A DNA stretch of 64,000 nucleotides from Guillardia theta CCMP2712 (taxonomy: Eukaryota > Protista > Cryptophyta), in assembly GCF_000315625.1 (NCBI RefSeq), contig NW_005434477.1, positions 1,841 through 65,840 on the forward strand, in the 5' to 3' direction. The translations under genes and the position numbers were made by a program. Below, in pieces: positions 22,502 through 34,179 of the stretch (position 1 is the stretch's first letter; every line of letters begins with the position of its first letter). The notes beneath the pieces were generated by a model. It did not search any database. It was not told where the DNA came from and saw nothing but the letters and a program-made list of their open reading frames with translations.

Positions 22502-23169
22502 GTTGCTGAAGAACATTTATCAGTGTCACATGATCGACTCCGAGCCAAGTTGTCTCAAGTGTTCCGCAGGCACGTCGAACAAGTGCGTACTGTTGTTAGC
22601 CTAGCCGCCAGACTGGTGAACAACGAAGCGTGTACACTTGACATCCGGAATCGTCTATCAATACTTCCAAGTTGACAAGAACTCTGGTGGGTGGAATCTA
22701 TGATTATCTTCTTGCTAAGTAATGCACATCTATAGCTTTCAAGGCATCATGGAAACCCAAACTACGATCGAGGCACTTCAACTGACATTGCAGTTGATAA
22801 TTTTGTTTCGTTGACAACATTTCAACATCATGCACATGCCATCATATCCTATAGCTTTGATTCCAAACTTCAATCCTCATCGATTCTCTTCCTCGCTTTC
22901 ATGTGCCGTCGCAATCTATCCACGCTCTTGGTTTGGTGGTTTTTTCCTCCAGCTCCCTTATCACAATTATCCACAACAAAGTCCTGCGAGCAACCAGCTC
23001 CTGCCCTTCAACCACCGCTCTCCACTCCTCTCCTCTCCTCTCCTCTCCTCTCCTCCCTACTGCTCTTCCTCCTTCTTCGTCCCTCCATGTTCTTCTCCTC
23101 CTTCCACTCCTGCCCCTCCCCCATCAGCAGAGGAACATTCTCTTTCCCGCGCTCTCACAGGAGGAACGG

Positions 23170-24080
23170 TTTTCCCCTTGCCACTGAAAACCCCCTTATA
23201 TCCCTGGTAATTTCATTGATAAGTTGGGGGTGGGGTGTATATTGGGTACTCGAAGAAATTGTTTTTTTTGGAACTGTTCGATGGACCCCCTTGTTTGAAA
23301 TCGGTCAAGGGGGTAGAAGCGATGGGTCCTGCTCCGAAACCAAACATTTGAATATTTGAAAAGTACTGATGTTCAATTTCAATAGTAGCAGTGAATTTTC
23401 ATGATTTCATTTCCTTCCCTCGAAAGACTGTAACACAGTTTGGATCGGGAACTTCGTGCAGTGAAATGTTCCGATGTATTTTGAAATCTGATCAATAGGC
23501 AACAGTTTATTTGAACTTCTCTTTGTCAACTTTTGCATGAATCCGAGTACTGAACACTTTGAGTAAAGCCTGAGTACTCGGAACTCCTAGTATGCCATAC
23601 GGCCCGGCCCGGTCAGTCGGACCGTGCCACAGGCCGCCCGTTGGATCAGCGGCGGCCTGCCGCACCGCCGCAGTCCGATCGCGGCATGAACTTGTTCCGA
23701 TGCCGCGCTGATGCCAACTTGTTCCGATGCCGCGGGCCCCGGGCAGTGAGCCTCGGAGCCGCGTGGGGCGGCACTCCTATCCTCTGCCAACCGGGGCCGG
23801 GCCGAGTCGGGGGCAACACCGTGACAGTGACGCCAGGCCGGGCCCGGGCGCCGGTGCGGCAGCCGCGCCGCCGCCGCTCGGAGGGGCCGGCGGCACGGCC
23901 ACCGTGGCACGGTGTGACTGCCATGATCGGCCCTGCCATGATTCAAGCGGCAGGCTGCGCGGCCCCGCCCGGCCGGGCCCGCCGGCCCCGGCTCAGTGGC
24001 CGCCGCTCAGTGAGCCACACCGGGCCGCTTTCGGACCGTCAGTTGCCCATCGAACGGTCACACTGGCCAAGGCGTGTTTT
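23170..24080. promoter_or_regulatory. Composite intergenic island 5: short GGGGT zone, AT-rich TTCAA zone, GC palindrome core (23590-24080), between divergent genes
   Basis: ggcccggcccgg, ccgggcccggg, ggccgggcc words; a tttatata TATA-like word at ~24123 precedes the 24179 gene. Confidence 0.5.
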
Positions 24081-24178
24081 GAATTTGAATTCCCCTGGAG
24101 GCGTGTAACGGCAGCGCCCTGGTTTATATATTCTCGTCCTGTTGCGCGAGGAGAGAGCGCGCGAGCGAGGGACGAGAC

Positions 24179-24935
24179 ATGCCAAGGACTAAGAAGAACG
24201 TAGAGACCGTCAGTGCTGCTGATGAAAACACGGGTATCATCCAAGCAGCTTCCGGGAAGGATGCTGTAATGAAGGAGCCTATGGCCGACATCACCAACGA
24301 CACCAAGCCAGTGAAGATGGAGGAGCAGAACGAGGTCAAGCAGGAGGAGAAGGTGTACAGGACACACATCCGATTCGACGAGGATGGCAATGAGACCAAG
24401 GAGGTTGAGGAAGTGTCGATCAGGAAGGAGACTAACGGGCAAGAGGAGGAGGAGCACGAGGAGGAAACTGACAACAAGGCTGACAACGGCGAGGAGTTTG
24501 TTGAGGTGACTCACTTTGGGCTCACCTACAAGATCTACAAGGGATCGAACAAGGTGGAGGCCGTCTCCGGCAACCAGGGAGCATCTGCTGAGCAGCCATC
24601 GCAAGTTGACCAGGAGAAGCTCAAGTACCGCGAGCCGCCCTCCTATTTCTACAAGGAGCAGAAGGAGAGGTGAGGGTTGCAAGGGGACGGATCAGACGTT
24701 GACTGCTGCCTGTCTGCAGGGATGTCTCTTGGCAGGGAGTTCATACTCGCTTCGAAGGTGCTTTTGTTGAGCTAGCGACTCTTCTTTCTCACTTGACATG
24801 GCAGACGATGATGATGTGGCCGCGGTGGAGCAGCAGGAGGTGCCTGAGCTCGAGGCCATTATGGCCAAGACGCTGTCGCTGGGGGCCGAGGAGAGCGCGT
24901 CGAAGAAGAAGGGGAAGGGCCAAGGGAAGAAGTGA
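24179..24935 (+). CDS. Acidic low-complexity hypothetical protein with basic C-terminus; three exons
   Basis: MPRTKKNVET...YKEQKER|DVSWQGVHTRFE|DDDDVAAVEQQEVPELEAIMAK...SKKKGKGQGKK*; strong GC3 bias; canonical introns. Confidence 0.75.
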
Positions 24936-25092
24936 ACTAACTCTTATGTCTATGTAGCCAAAGGGGGACGGGACGGTGAAGGTAGCTAGTTGAGCTAGGC
25001 TGTTGCCGTAGTCCCTCTATCAGTTCAGTTATTCTTTCAACTCTTGTATTGAAAGCAAATGAAGAGCAGACCTGCCTGAGCTCCTTCCTGTC

Positions 25093-27349
25093 TCACAACA
25101 CACGGTAGTCGATGATACCCACAAAAGCCGAACCGTGGTCCGTATGATACACCTTCTTGAACACATCCTGCTTCTACTGTCAGACCATGCACTCTTCCTC
25201 CCCCCCCCCAACTCCAAGTTCCTCCTCTCCCTCCCCCTCCCCCTCCCCCTCCTTCCAATATCTCCCCCTCTCATCCTCCTCCTCTCACATCACTCAATCC
25301 ACCCCTGCTTCCGGGCAGACGTCCAGCCCGGAGCGATAAGTGCTCGTCACTGACAATCTCAATTAGAGCCCGACAACAAAGAGACCTCAGCAAGAAACGG
25401 ACCAGTCTGTCACTTCCCCTGGTAGCCAGCTGCTCTGATACTTGGCCCGCAGGACCATCCCGCGAACATTGTTGGTGTGAACAAGGAAGGATCTAGTGCG
25501 CGGGTGAGAGAGGGGAGTTGAGGTGAGCGGATCTTACCTCACGGTACCGCCCTTGATGACAAGGGGATGGTCGAGAGTGAGTTTGCCGTACTTGGGGCTG
25601 AGAGCGAGGTCAAAGATGCGATGACCAGTGACAAAGGCAAAGACTTTGAGTTCTTGGTGAAGTTTGCAATGGGGAAACGAGCGTTGAGGTCTTGACCGAC
25701 TTGGGTCCAATCTCCCTCATTCAGTTCATGCCCCTTTGACTTGTGTCAGAAAACAACAACTGTACACTCCCCGGCCCCTCCCAACCCCCGTTTCTCCTTT
25801 TCCTCCTTTATCTCTTCTCTTTCTCCTCTTTCTCTGTCTTTCTCCTCTCTTTCTCCTTTCTTTCTCCTCATCTTCTTTGCCTTCTTTGCTCATCAGGTTT
25901 CACACTCACGCTCGAGATCCCTTCTCGGGTGTAGACGGTGACATTCATAAGCTCCTCCTCAAAGTCCTTCCAGTAAATCCCCGACTAGAGCAGCAAGACG
26001 TAAATCCTGACCCTCCTCGTGGTAGGCAAGGGGAGCCAATGCCCGCACTCCTTACCTGTATGTAGAGTCCAGTGATCTCAACGTCTTCCTTGGCTTCTAC
26101 CTCGAAGAACTGACCGTACCTGCGCAATGTCACTCCTGCCGCGTCATGGGAGAGGAGGAGAATGGACTACCAGCATGTGCACCATGGGACCCGTTCAAGG
26201 AGAGAGTAGACTGGGTAACTGAATTGCGTCGTGGCGAACTACAAGGCATCGTGAGCAGACTGCCGTCAAACAAGAAGGGATGGGAGGGAGGGTACGGAGA
26301 CAAAGAGTCAGAGATCAAGAGCACCTGCTCGATACTCGGATCATCTCTTGGAGATGTCATCTTCACCGTCATGACTGTCGGCTCGACCTTGATCTAGACC
26401 GACGGTCACAGGACAGACTTGAAACCAACACGCACTGCCGCTCTGACCTTCACATACTTCTCGTTGTATTCCGTCAGGGTCATGTTGAGCTCTTTGGCTC
26501 GTGCGTAGATATTCTTCTCGAAGTTCTCAAGGATGCCGTAGGGATCAGGATTCCTGTCACCTGAGTCAGCTGCCCGAAGTCTCGTCCTCCCTGCTCTTAC
26601 CTCTTTAAGGTCGATTTGTACCAAGATTCGGATTCCTCCGACATTTCCCCGACGGACCCGCCGCTGGAGAAGAGACTCGGTCCCATATCTTGACCTTCTC
26701 TGTCTATCTCCTGAAACTCCCTGATGATCTCCTGATACGTCGGGTCGTTGACGTCGTGCGTGAGGTCGGCTCGCTGCATCCATGTCGATATGGTGTCTGT
26801 TGCGTTGGGAAATCCCATCACCTTGCTGGAGGAGGAGGAGGAGGAGGAGGAGGAGGAGGAGATCTTGTCCTGCGAGCGCAGGGCAGAGAGGGAGGAGGGA
26901 GGAGCCATGTCCATGCTCTCGTCATCGTCCTGATCGTAGCTGCCACTCCTCTCGACGTCTCTGCTGATCTTGTCTTGTTTCCTCAGGTCCATCTTCACCT
27001 CCGCACGCAGCAGGGGGAGCTTGCTCTCAAAGACCGTCCCGAGGACGCCAGTCCCTGCTGACTTCGCTCTCCTCGCCTCCCATGCCGTCCCACGGTCAGT
27101 CCTCGGCGAAAAAGCCAAGGGATGGACCAGGCCCTGAGCAAGTGGAAGGGTAGTGAGGGAGGCGGCGAGCATGAACAGACAGAGCGAGGAAGGGACAGAG
27201 GAGCGAGACCTGCTGGAAGACAAGGAGGAGGAGGAGGTGAAGGAGGAGGAGGAGGAGGTGGTGGAGGAGGAGGAGGAAGGAGGTGGGAAAGCCCGACGCT
27301 GCTCCCGCAGTCTCCCCTCTTGAACGGCCCCCGAAAGCATTGCGGCCAT
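25093..27349 (-). CDS. Multi-exon hypothetical protein with extended leader and C-terminal beta-sandwich-like domain
   Basis: MAAMLSGAVQEG...LCLFMLAASLTTLPLAQG; C-terminal exons WYGQFFEVEAKEDVEITGLYIQ..VTVYTREG..GHELNEGDWTQV..RSFLVHT..SAFVGIIDYRVL*. Confidence 0.7.
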
Positions 27350-27462
27350 TGGGAGGGGTATGAGGGTGATGAATCGGTATGTATGATCTCTGGAAGGATA
27401 TGGGGAGGCTGCAAGGGAGGGAGAGAGGGAGGAGGAGGAGGAGGAGAAGAAGAAGAAGCAGA

Positions 27463-27522
27463 AGGAGCAGGAGCTGAAGGAGCAGGAGCAGCAGCAGGAG
27501 CAGGAGCAGGAGCAGGAGCAGC

Positions 27523-27557
<35 letters not shown>

Positions 27558-27568
27558 CAGGAGCAGCA
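27463..27568. repeat. (GAGCAG)n degenerate hexamer repeat in a short divergent intergenic region
   Basis: Read directly. Confidence 0.85.
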
Positions 27569-27782
27569 CAAGTTGTCCAGTAATAGTCATGAGCTCTGCG
27601 TGTGGATTCTCAGCATACTGATTATGGCGTTATGTTCAGATGTCTGTACGCATGTTAGCCAGGAAGGCGAGCTGCTGGATGAGGCCTGTCAACAGCAGCA
27701 GCTCTGCTCGCTCCTTGCAAAGGTCCTTGAGCTTCAATGCTGGCATACCGGCTGCGAGCCGCCTGTGGTGAGATGCACTGCG

Positions 27783-29211
27783 ATGCTTGCGAGGCTGACG
27801 GCACTCAGGACGAGGTCGTCTCCCCTTCCCTCGGCAATGGGCTTGAGGTTCGTCTCAGTTCAGGCAGCTGAGCTCCGCAAGGTAGGAAGAGGGAGAGGAG
27901 GAGGGAGAGGAGGAGGGAGAGGAGAATCGTGTGTGGAGGGTCGTTGGTGACGGGGTGGAAGGGCGAGGTGTTCGAGTTCAAGGGGAGCAAATGCACTGTT
28001 ATCAAGCTGTCGAATCAAATCAACAACCGCAAGGCGTTCGTCATCGTTGAGTTTCGGCGAGTTGACATGCGGCGTCACGGGCGATGTGACGCGCATGGCA
28101 GGGACTTGAAGTCGAAGAGCAAGAGGACGGAGACTTTCCGAGCGGAGGAGAAGGTGAGAGCAACTCGACGCTGCTGTGCTCTTGTGAGATGATGCTGACA
28201 GCTGGAGAAATGTTTCGTCGAGAAGAAAGAGCTGACATACTTGTACTCGGACAACAAGCAGCTTTACCTTCAGGTGACCCTTCCCCCTCTATTCCTTCCT
28301 CCCTTCCCTCCTGCTCTCCCTCCTCCCTTTCCCTTCTCCTCTCCCTCCCCCCTCTCCCTCCTTGCAAAGGTCCTTCAGCTCTCCCCTCCTCGTCCCCTCA
28401 CTCCATCTACTCATCCCCGCTGAATGCTGTGCCTTTCTTGTCTCGACAGGACCCGAGCACGTTCGAGGGCATTGAAGTCCCGGAGAGCATCATTGCCGAG
28501 CATCAGTTGGCTTACTTGAACGAGGGAGATAATGTACGTCCTCCTCCTCTCCCTTTCCTCCTCTCCCTTCCTTCCCCCAACTCTTTCCCCCTGTTTCTTT
28601 GCTCCTTCCCCCATCCCTCCTCCTCCGCCCGTTCTCCTCCCTCCTCCTCTCGAGCTTCTCCTCTCCCTCCGCCATCCATATTCTCTTCTCCTCATGCACC
28701 TTCCACAGGTCAAGTTGATCCTCGTGAACGAAGAACCGCTCCTGCTCGAGCTCCCTGCCAAGGCTCTCTGTGAGGTGGGGAGCAAGAAGCATGGTTTCCT
28801 GCTCTTTACAGCTCTTGGTGCAGGTTGAGAGAGTAGATGGAAAGAACGCAGTGTTGACCAACGGGAGGACGATTGCTGTGCGCCTCCTCCTCCTCCTCCT
28901 CCTCCTCCTCCTCCTCCTCCTCCTCCTCCTCCTCCTCCTCCTCCTGGCTCCTTCTCTTCCTCCCCTTCTCCTCCTTCTTGTTTTCCTCCTTGTTCTCCTT
29001 CTACTTGTTCTGCTTCTCTCCCTTCTTCACTCCTCATTCTCGTTGTCAACATACTGCTACCATGGCTTCCTTGCTGAAGATGACCGAGCAGGTGCCGTCC
29101 TACGTCAACGTCGGGACTCGTGTCTTCGTGAGAGTCTTGATATACGTAGGATGACAAGTGAAATTGCTGCAGGTGTCTACGGAGACAGAAGAGTTTCTAG
29201 GGAGAGACTGA
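27783..29211 (+). CDS. efp: Bacterial-type elongation factor P homolog, probably mitochondrial; ~9 exons
   Basis: Presequence MLARLTALRTRSS; VQAAELRK|GEVFEFKG..AFVIVEFR|DLKSKSKRTETFRAEEK|LEKCFVEKKELTYLYSD..LQ|DPSTFE.IEVP..YLNEG|..PLLLELP..AVLTNGRTIA|VPSYVNVGTRVF|VSTETEEFLGRD*. Confidence 0.85.
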
Positions 29212-29329
29212 GAGAGTTGAAAGGAGGATCAGTGAGAATAACTGTCTTAGATTGAAAGTTGCAGCATGTTGGAATACATTTATCAAGCTGCCAAGCTTGC
29301 AGAACTTTCGAATCAGCGTCGTCACTCTC

Positions 29330-29372
29330 CCTCCTGCCTTGTCATCATGGTCATCATCCGTATCGTTGTCAA

Positions 29373-29421
<49 letters not shown>

Positions 29422-29530
29422 AGCATCTCCATCGTCATCATCATCATCGTCAACATCATCATCAACTTCTCCTCCTCCTCTTCTCCTCCTCCTCCTCCTC
29501 CTCCTCCTCCTCCATTTCCTTCTCCATCAT
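29330..29530. repeat. Compound (CAT)n/(CAG)n/(CTC)n microsatellite tract
   Basis: Read directly. Confidence 0.85.
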
Positions 29531-29845
29531 CTCCATGATTTCCATCGTAAACATCACCCTCCCTCCCTCTCCCTCCATCTCTCCTCCCTCCCCTCTCCCT
29601 CCCCTATACAAAAGACCCCCGTCACTATCAGCGTCCCGATGGTCCTAATAAACGGCTCGATGCGGAGGGGGAGGCGGAGGAAGGGGATGGAAGGGAGGGA
29701 GGGAGGAGAGATGGGGACGCGGAAGAGAGGGGAGGAGGAGGAGGAGGAGAGAGGAGGAGGATGAGCAAGCAAGGGAGCAGGCGCAGCAGCTGAGGAGGTT
29801 GAGGAGCTTGAGAGCTTGAGGGCGAGGGGGAAGAGAAGGAGGAGG

Positions 29846-31002
29846 ATGAAGGTATCCAGGCTCAAGCATCTCCTCAAGCATCGCATCCCGAACCCCCAGC
29901 TCTCCGACAAGCGACAACTCGAGGAGGACGTGAGTCAACATGAGCGACATGCCCAGGTGTTGACCAGCTCGCAGGAGGCCAGAGGATCAGCTTCTTCGCA
30001 GGAAAGCCCGACGTACACGAGTCAGAGGTTCTTAGGCGACGACTTGTACAGCCACCATGACGCTATGGAAGTTGTAGAGGTACAAGACACTCGTGCTCGC
30101 ATACCGATGAAACATGTTTCAACAGCAACATGGTCAAGATGTCGGAGATGTCAAACTCAACAAGCCTACCAAGAAGAAACTGCTGACCAAGTTGCGAATC
30201 CCGCAGCTCAAAGGTGGATCTCTTCTCATCACTTGACTCTCTTGTCTGATGCTTCACAGAGCACTCGAACAAGCTCCAAGACTCTGATGCAGTCGCATCC
30301 TTCCTTCATACTGACCGACCGAGTCAACCAGAGCTGTACAGAGAGGCGAGGTACAGGCGGCTGGTGGTTCGAACCAGGTACCCGAGGAGGAGGCAACAAG
30401 ATCTCAACAAGAGCTGCAGGAGCGACTCTCTGTCGTCGGATGTGGAGGAGCTGGAGAAGAAGGAGAAGTTCGAAGCTGTCAGAGCCAGGAGGGAGGCGGA
30501 GAAGCAGCTTGTGATCTTGCGGGACAAGCTGAGCAAGGAGCAGAGCAAGAACAAAGTCCTGCAGGAGAAGGAAACTCCTTCCTCCCTGCTGCCCCCTCCT
30601 CAACCTCCTCCCGCAGGTCTGGAGCCTCGAAGAATGTTTGAGCACCAAGGACGCGGACCTGGAGGTGAAGGATGCAGAGTGCGAACACCTGAGGTATTTT
30701 CTCTCCTCCCCTCCTCCCCTCCTCTCCTCCTCCCCTCCTCTCCTCCTCTCCTCCTCTCCTCCTCCCCTCCTCTCCTCCTCTCCTCCTATCCCCTGTAGAT
30801 GCAAATCTCCTCTCTGCGCGCCAACGACACTATCAAGAAGTTGAACAAGGAGGATGTGAAGCATCTTGACTTCAAGACGTTCCTCCGCATCATCCGCAAA
30901 CTGCAGCTGGGCGGGTCGTCGGCTCCTCGCGTGAGTTTCCAGGAGCCTGACGATCAGGAGGCGCCGGCTCAAGACGACGGCGTGTGGGATGAGTTTGTAT
31001 GA
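29846..31002 (+). CDS. Multi-exon coiled-coil hypothetical protein (5' end uncertain)
   Basis: Exons QHGQDVGDVKLNKPTKKKLLTKLRIPQLK, DVEELEKKEKFEAVRARREAEKQLVILRDKLSKEQ, MQISSLRANDTIKKL...DGVWDEFV*; one junction ambiguous. Confidence 0.55.
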
Positions 31003-31299
31003 GGGAGCGGAAGGGAGGAGAACAAGGAGAAGACACAGAGGGAGAGAGGAGGATGAAGAATCGAAAAGGAGCAAGAGGAGGAGGAGGAGGAGGAGGAGGA
31101 GTCAATGTGAATGGAGAGCACTTTTGTTCTTGTGAGATTCTTGAAATAAAATATTGAAACAATAAAATATACATTGTCATCGGTTGTGCTGCTCGTCCAG
31201 CAGCAGTCGAGGCAGAGGGCCGACTGGATTTTTCTCAGCTCGTCCGCCTCTTCTTCTTATCGTTGGTGACTTCCGAGATACCCGGCTGTCACCCAGCAG

Positions 31300-31514
31300 T
31301 CATCGACCCCTCTCACACAGCTGCTTTACCTTCACCTTCTTCAGCGACCGGTAGAGCAGCTCGCTAACGATGTCGGCTAGCTCCTCCGCTACTTCGAATG
31401 TTGGGACCGCAAGGACGCTGCACTTGCCTGCAGAGAGGTCAGCGCGGCGAAGAGGAGCAAGAGGAGGATGGGAAGGAGGACGAGAATGACGAGGAGGAGG
31501 ACGAGGAGGAAGCT

Positions 31515-31545
<31 letters not shown>

Positions 31546-33531
31546 CTGTACCAGACTCGTAGACGTTGACATAGACGTTGTCCTGCCTGCCCTCCCCAGC
31601 AGGGTCATGAATCCAGTTCTTGAGGCAGGAGATGCGGATGTAGAGCGAGAGGTTGTTGAATCGCGCCTGCAGGTGACCCGTCACGGCCAAGAGACTTCAG
31701 CATGACCAGCTCACCGAGTTTCCCTTCTTGTTGGCAAACTGAACTCTCTGCACTCTGACGAGACGACAGACCGTCAGGCTGACCTCCTCTCAATGACGGA
31801 CATACCGATCGGAGAATTCATGAGATTGCAGGAATCTGAAGAGAGCGTCCATGTTGAGCTTGATCCCAACATCTGATCCAGCAGTCAGGCACGGAATGTC
31901 ATCTTCGAGGTCTCACTCTTAAAGTTCATGTTCCAGCTTCCAAGAAGCGGCGCAGATATTATCTTGACGCAATCTACAAACAAAGTCACTTACCGCTTCT
32001 ACGTCTCCCCCCCTCCCTCCCTCTTTCATTCATTCACTCACATTCACTCACTCACTCACTGCTTTTTCTCTTTCTTCTTACCTTCTTGCAACAACTCGTC
32101 TGCGTTCTTCTTGGCAACCTTCCACAAAGTTGGCATACCTTTCTTCGCAGTCAAGAACAACAGAGTGAAAAGAAAGAGGATAACCAGAGCTCTTGCACAT
32201 CTTATCGACTACTCGGATCATATCAACAGCGATTGTGTTGGCTTCGATCAGCTTATCTCTGCTTTTGCACCCGTAGGCCTGTGTTCTGCCATTGGACCAG
32301 ACCCGCAGTTTGATCTCATCATCGCCCATCATCTTCATCATAAACGTGCATGAATCATACTGCTTCTTGCCATTGTGCTTCGGGTATGGATTCTTCGCTT
32401 GCACTGAAATCTGCGTGATCGTTCCCCGAGGATCATTGCAAGGCCAAGGCAGGGTGACCGCCTCCTTCACCGCAAGGATGTCAAACAGCTGGACATTCCT
32501 ATCGTACATGCTCGGAAACAGCTGGCACAGACCAGTCGCAATGGCCTTGATCTCGAAAGGGTCTCGAGTAGGGAGGCTTTCGGGGTACAACGAGGTGGAG
32601 GGCCTGCAGGGATCATCTTCTTTCAGCGTCCTGCTCCTCTCTGACTTATGAGGAGCCGCTCGTTTCGTCTTTGCCGTTGTGCCGTGACGAGGCAGGGCGG
32701 CAGCACTCAGAACACTCCTGTTGCTCCCTCCTGCCATCAGGCTGAACGTCGTGATACCCGTTGGGCTCTTTGTCATCATATGATCTGCAATATTGTAAAT
32801 AGTAATATTGGTATTGTTGTTGCTGCCGCAGCCGGCGCTGATGTTGTTGTTGATGATGTTGTTGTTGCTGCTGCTTCCATCTTTGTTGCTGCTGTTGTTC
32901 GATGTGTGTATCTGTAGGGTTTGAATCTCTTTCAATCTAGATCCATTATCAATTTTTGGCTCATTTTGTTTTTGGTTTGGTCGCTGCATCCCGATATCAG
33001 GTCAGCCTCATCAAAGGATGCATTAGATTGTGTTGTAGAAAACTCAAGGTTATCAATTTGAGATTCTCCTCCCATCTCATGCTTGATAAGAGCACAGGCA
33101 GTGAGGTCATACGCCCTGCTGTCCTGACTCTCCTCCATCTCAAAGTTGTCCGCAACATTCGACGACTGGATAGCCCACATCTCGGGGAAGTCGGCAGAGC
33201 GCAGGAAGTCTGTCTTGAGAGCCTGGGGGAGCTCAGACCCGTCAAACCCGACGAGCTTTGACTTGTCGTCCAGAGAGGAGACGCGCGAGAGAATCTCATC
33301 CCCCATCTTCTCCTGCATGTTGGCGAGCACCTGCTGGTTGATCCAGTCTTCACCCAGCGGGATGTTCTCTGAATTCAAATTCTGGTAGGTAAACTCTGGA
33401 AATCTTGAATACTCGATCGGATTTGACAATTGCTTGCTCAGATTGCCAGAAAACAAACCATTGCGATCGTCCTCCATCATCTCAAAACCAAATCCATCAC
33501 AATCATTTATCTGGTTGCTTGCTGCTACCAT
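31300..33531 (-). CDS. Divergent TATA-binding-protein (TBP)-fold protein with long low-complexity N-terminus; multi-exon; two apparent frameshifts
   Basis: Repeat 1: KKQYDSCTFMM..IKLRVWSNGRTQAYGCKS. Repeat 2: NMNFKNVGIKLNMDAL..ARFNNLSLYI..VYVNVYESGKCSVLAVPTFEVAEELADIVSELL. Both align by eye to TBP ALIFSSGKMVCTGAKS / LLIFVSGKIVLTGAK. Confidence 0.7.
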
Positions 33532-34179
33532 GGCAGTGGTTTTCACGACGTCTGGGGCTTTTCCGTTGTACCTACAACGATTCAATCTTTGAGCGATCCG
33601 GCAATGCGTAAGCACAAAGCAGAGGATCCCCTGCTGTTTACCTTTGGTTTGAGAGCGTTTTATCTCTCGACATCCAAAGCTCGAGGGTCCTCTCAACCTT
33701 CATTGGAGCACTTTTGTAAGAAGAAGAATGAACGAGATCCAGTGAATATGCTCAACTGCAACTACAGGTTGTGAAGAATAGAAAAAAGCTGCCTCGTGTT
33801 TGATACTGTATAGGATAATAGATAACAAAAGAAACGGGCAGAATCGAGCCAGAATATTTGCTACGTATTAAGACGTGCATGCCCCTCTTCGATTCTACTC
33901 AAACTGCCTTTAATTTGATCCATCAATCTCTTGAAGAGAGTCAAAGGAGCATACGCTGCAACGGCATCCAACTAACCCGCAACTAATCATGAAACCACCC
34001 AAGTGCTTCCCGAGTTGTGCAGCTTCTAGAACCTTTCTAACCAGCCTACCTCTCCTTGTTCGCGTCATCTGATCGCAATGGTTTCAGATCAACCCTCTCA
34101 AACACTCTCTTCCTCCTCGATTTCTGCCTCTGCGTCCCCTCGCTCCCTCCCCCCAACACCACCTTCCCCTCCACAGCCA

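Noticed and set aside
23587-24203. Arg/Pro/Gly-rich ORFs in GC cores (also 2447-2768, 13679-14394, 39569-39966, 60049-60693)
   Set aside because: Open on both strands and in several frames only because stop codons are rare in GC-rich DNA; no codon bias or splice context.
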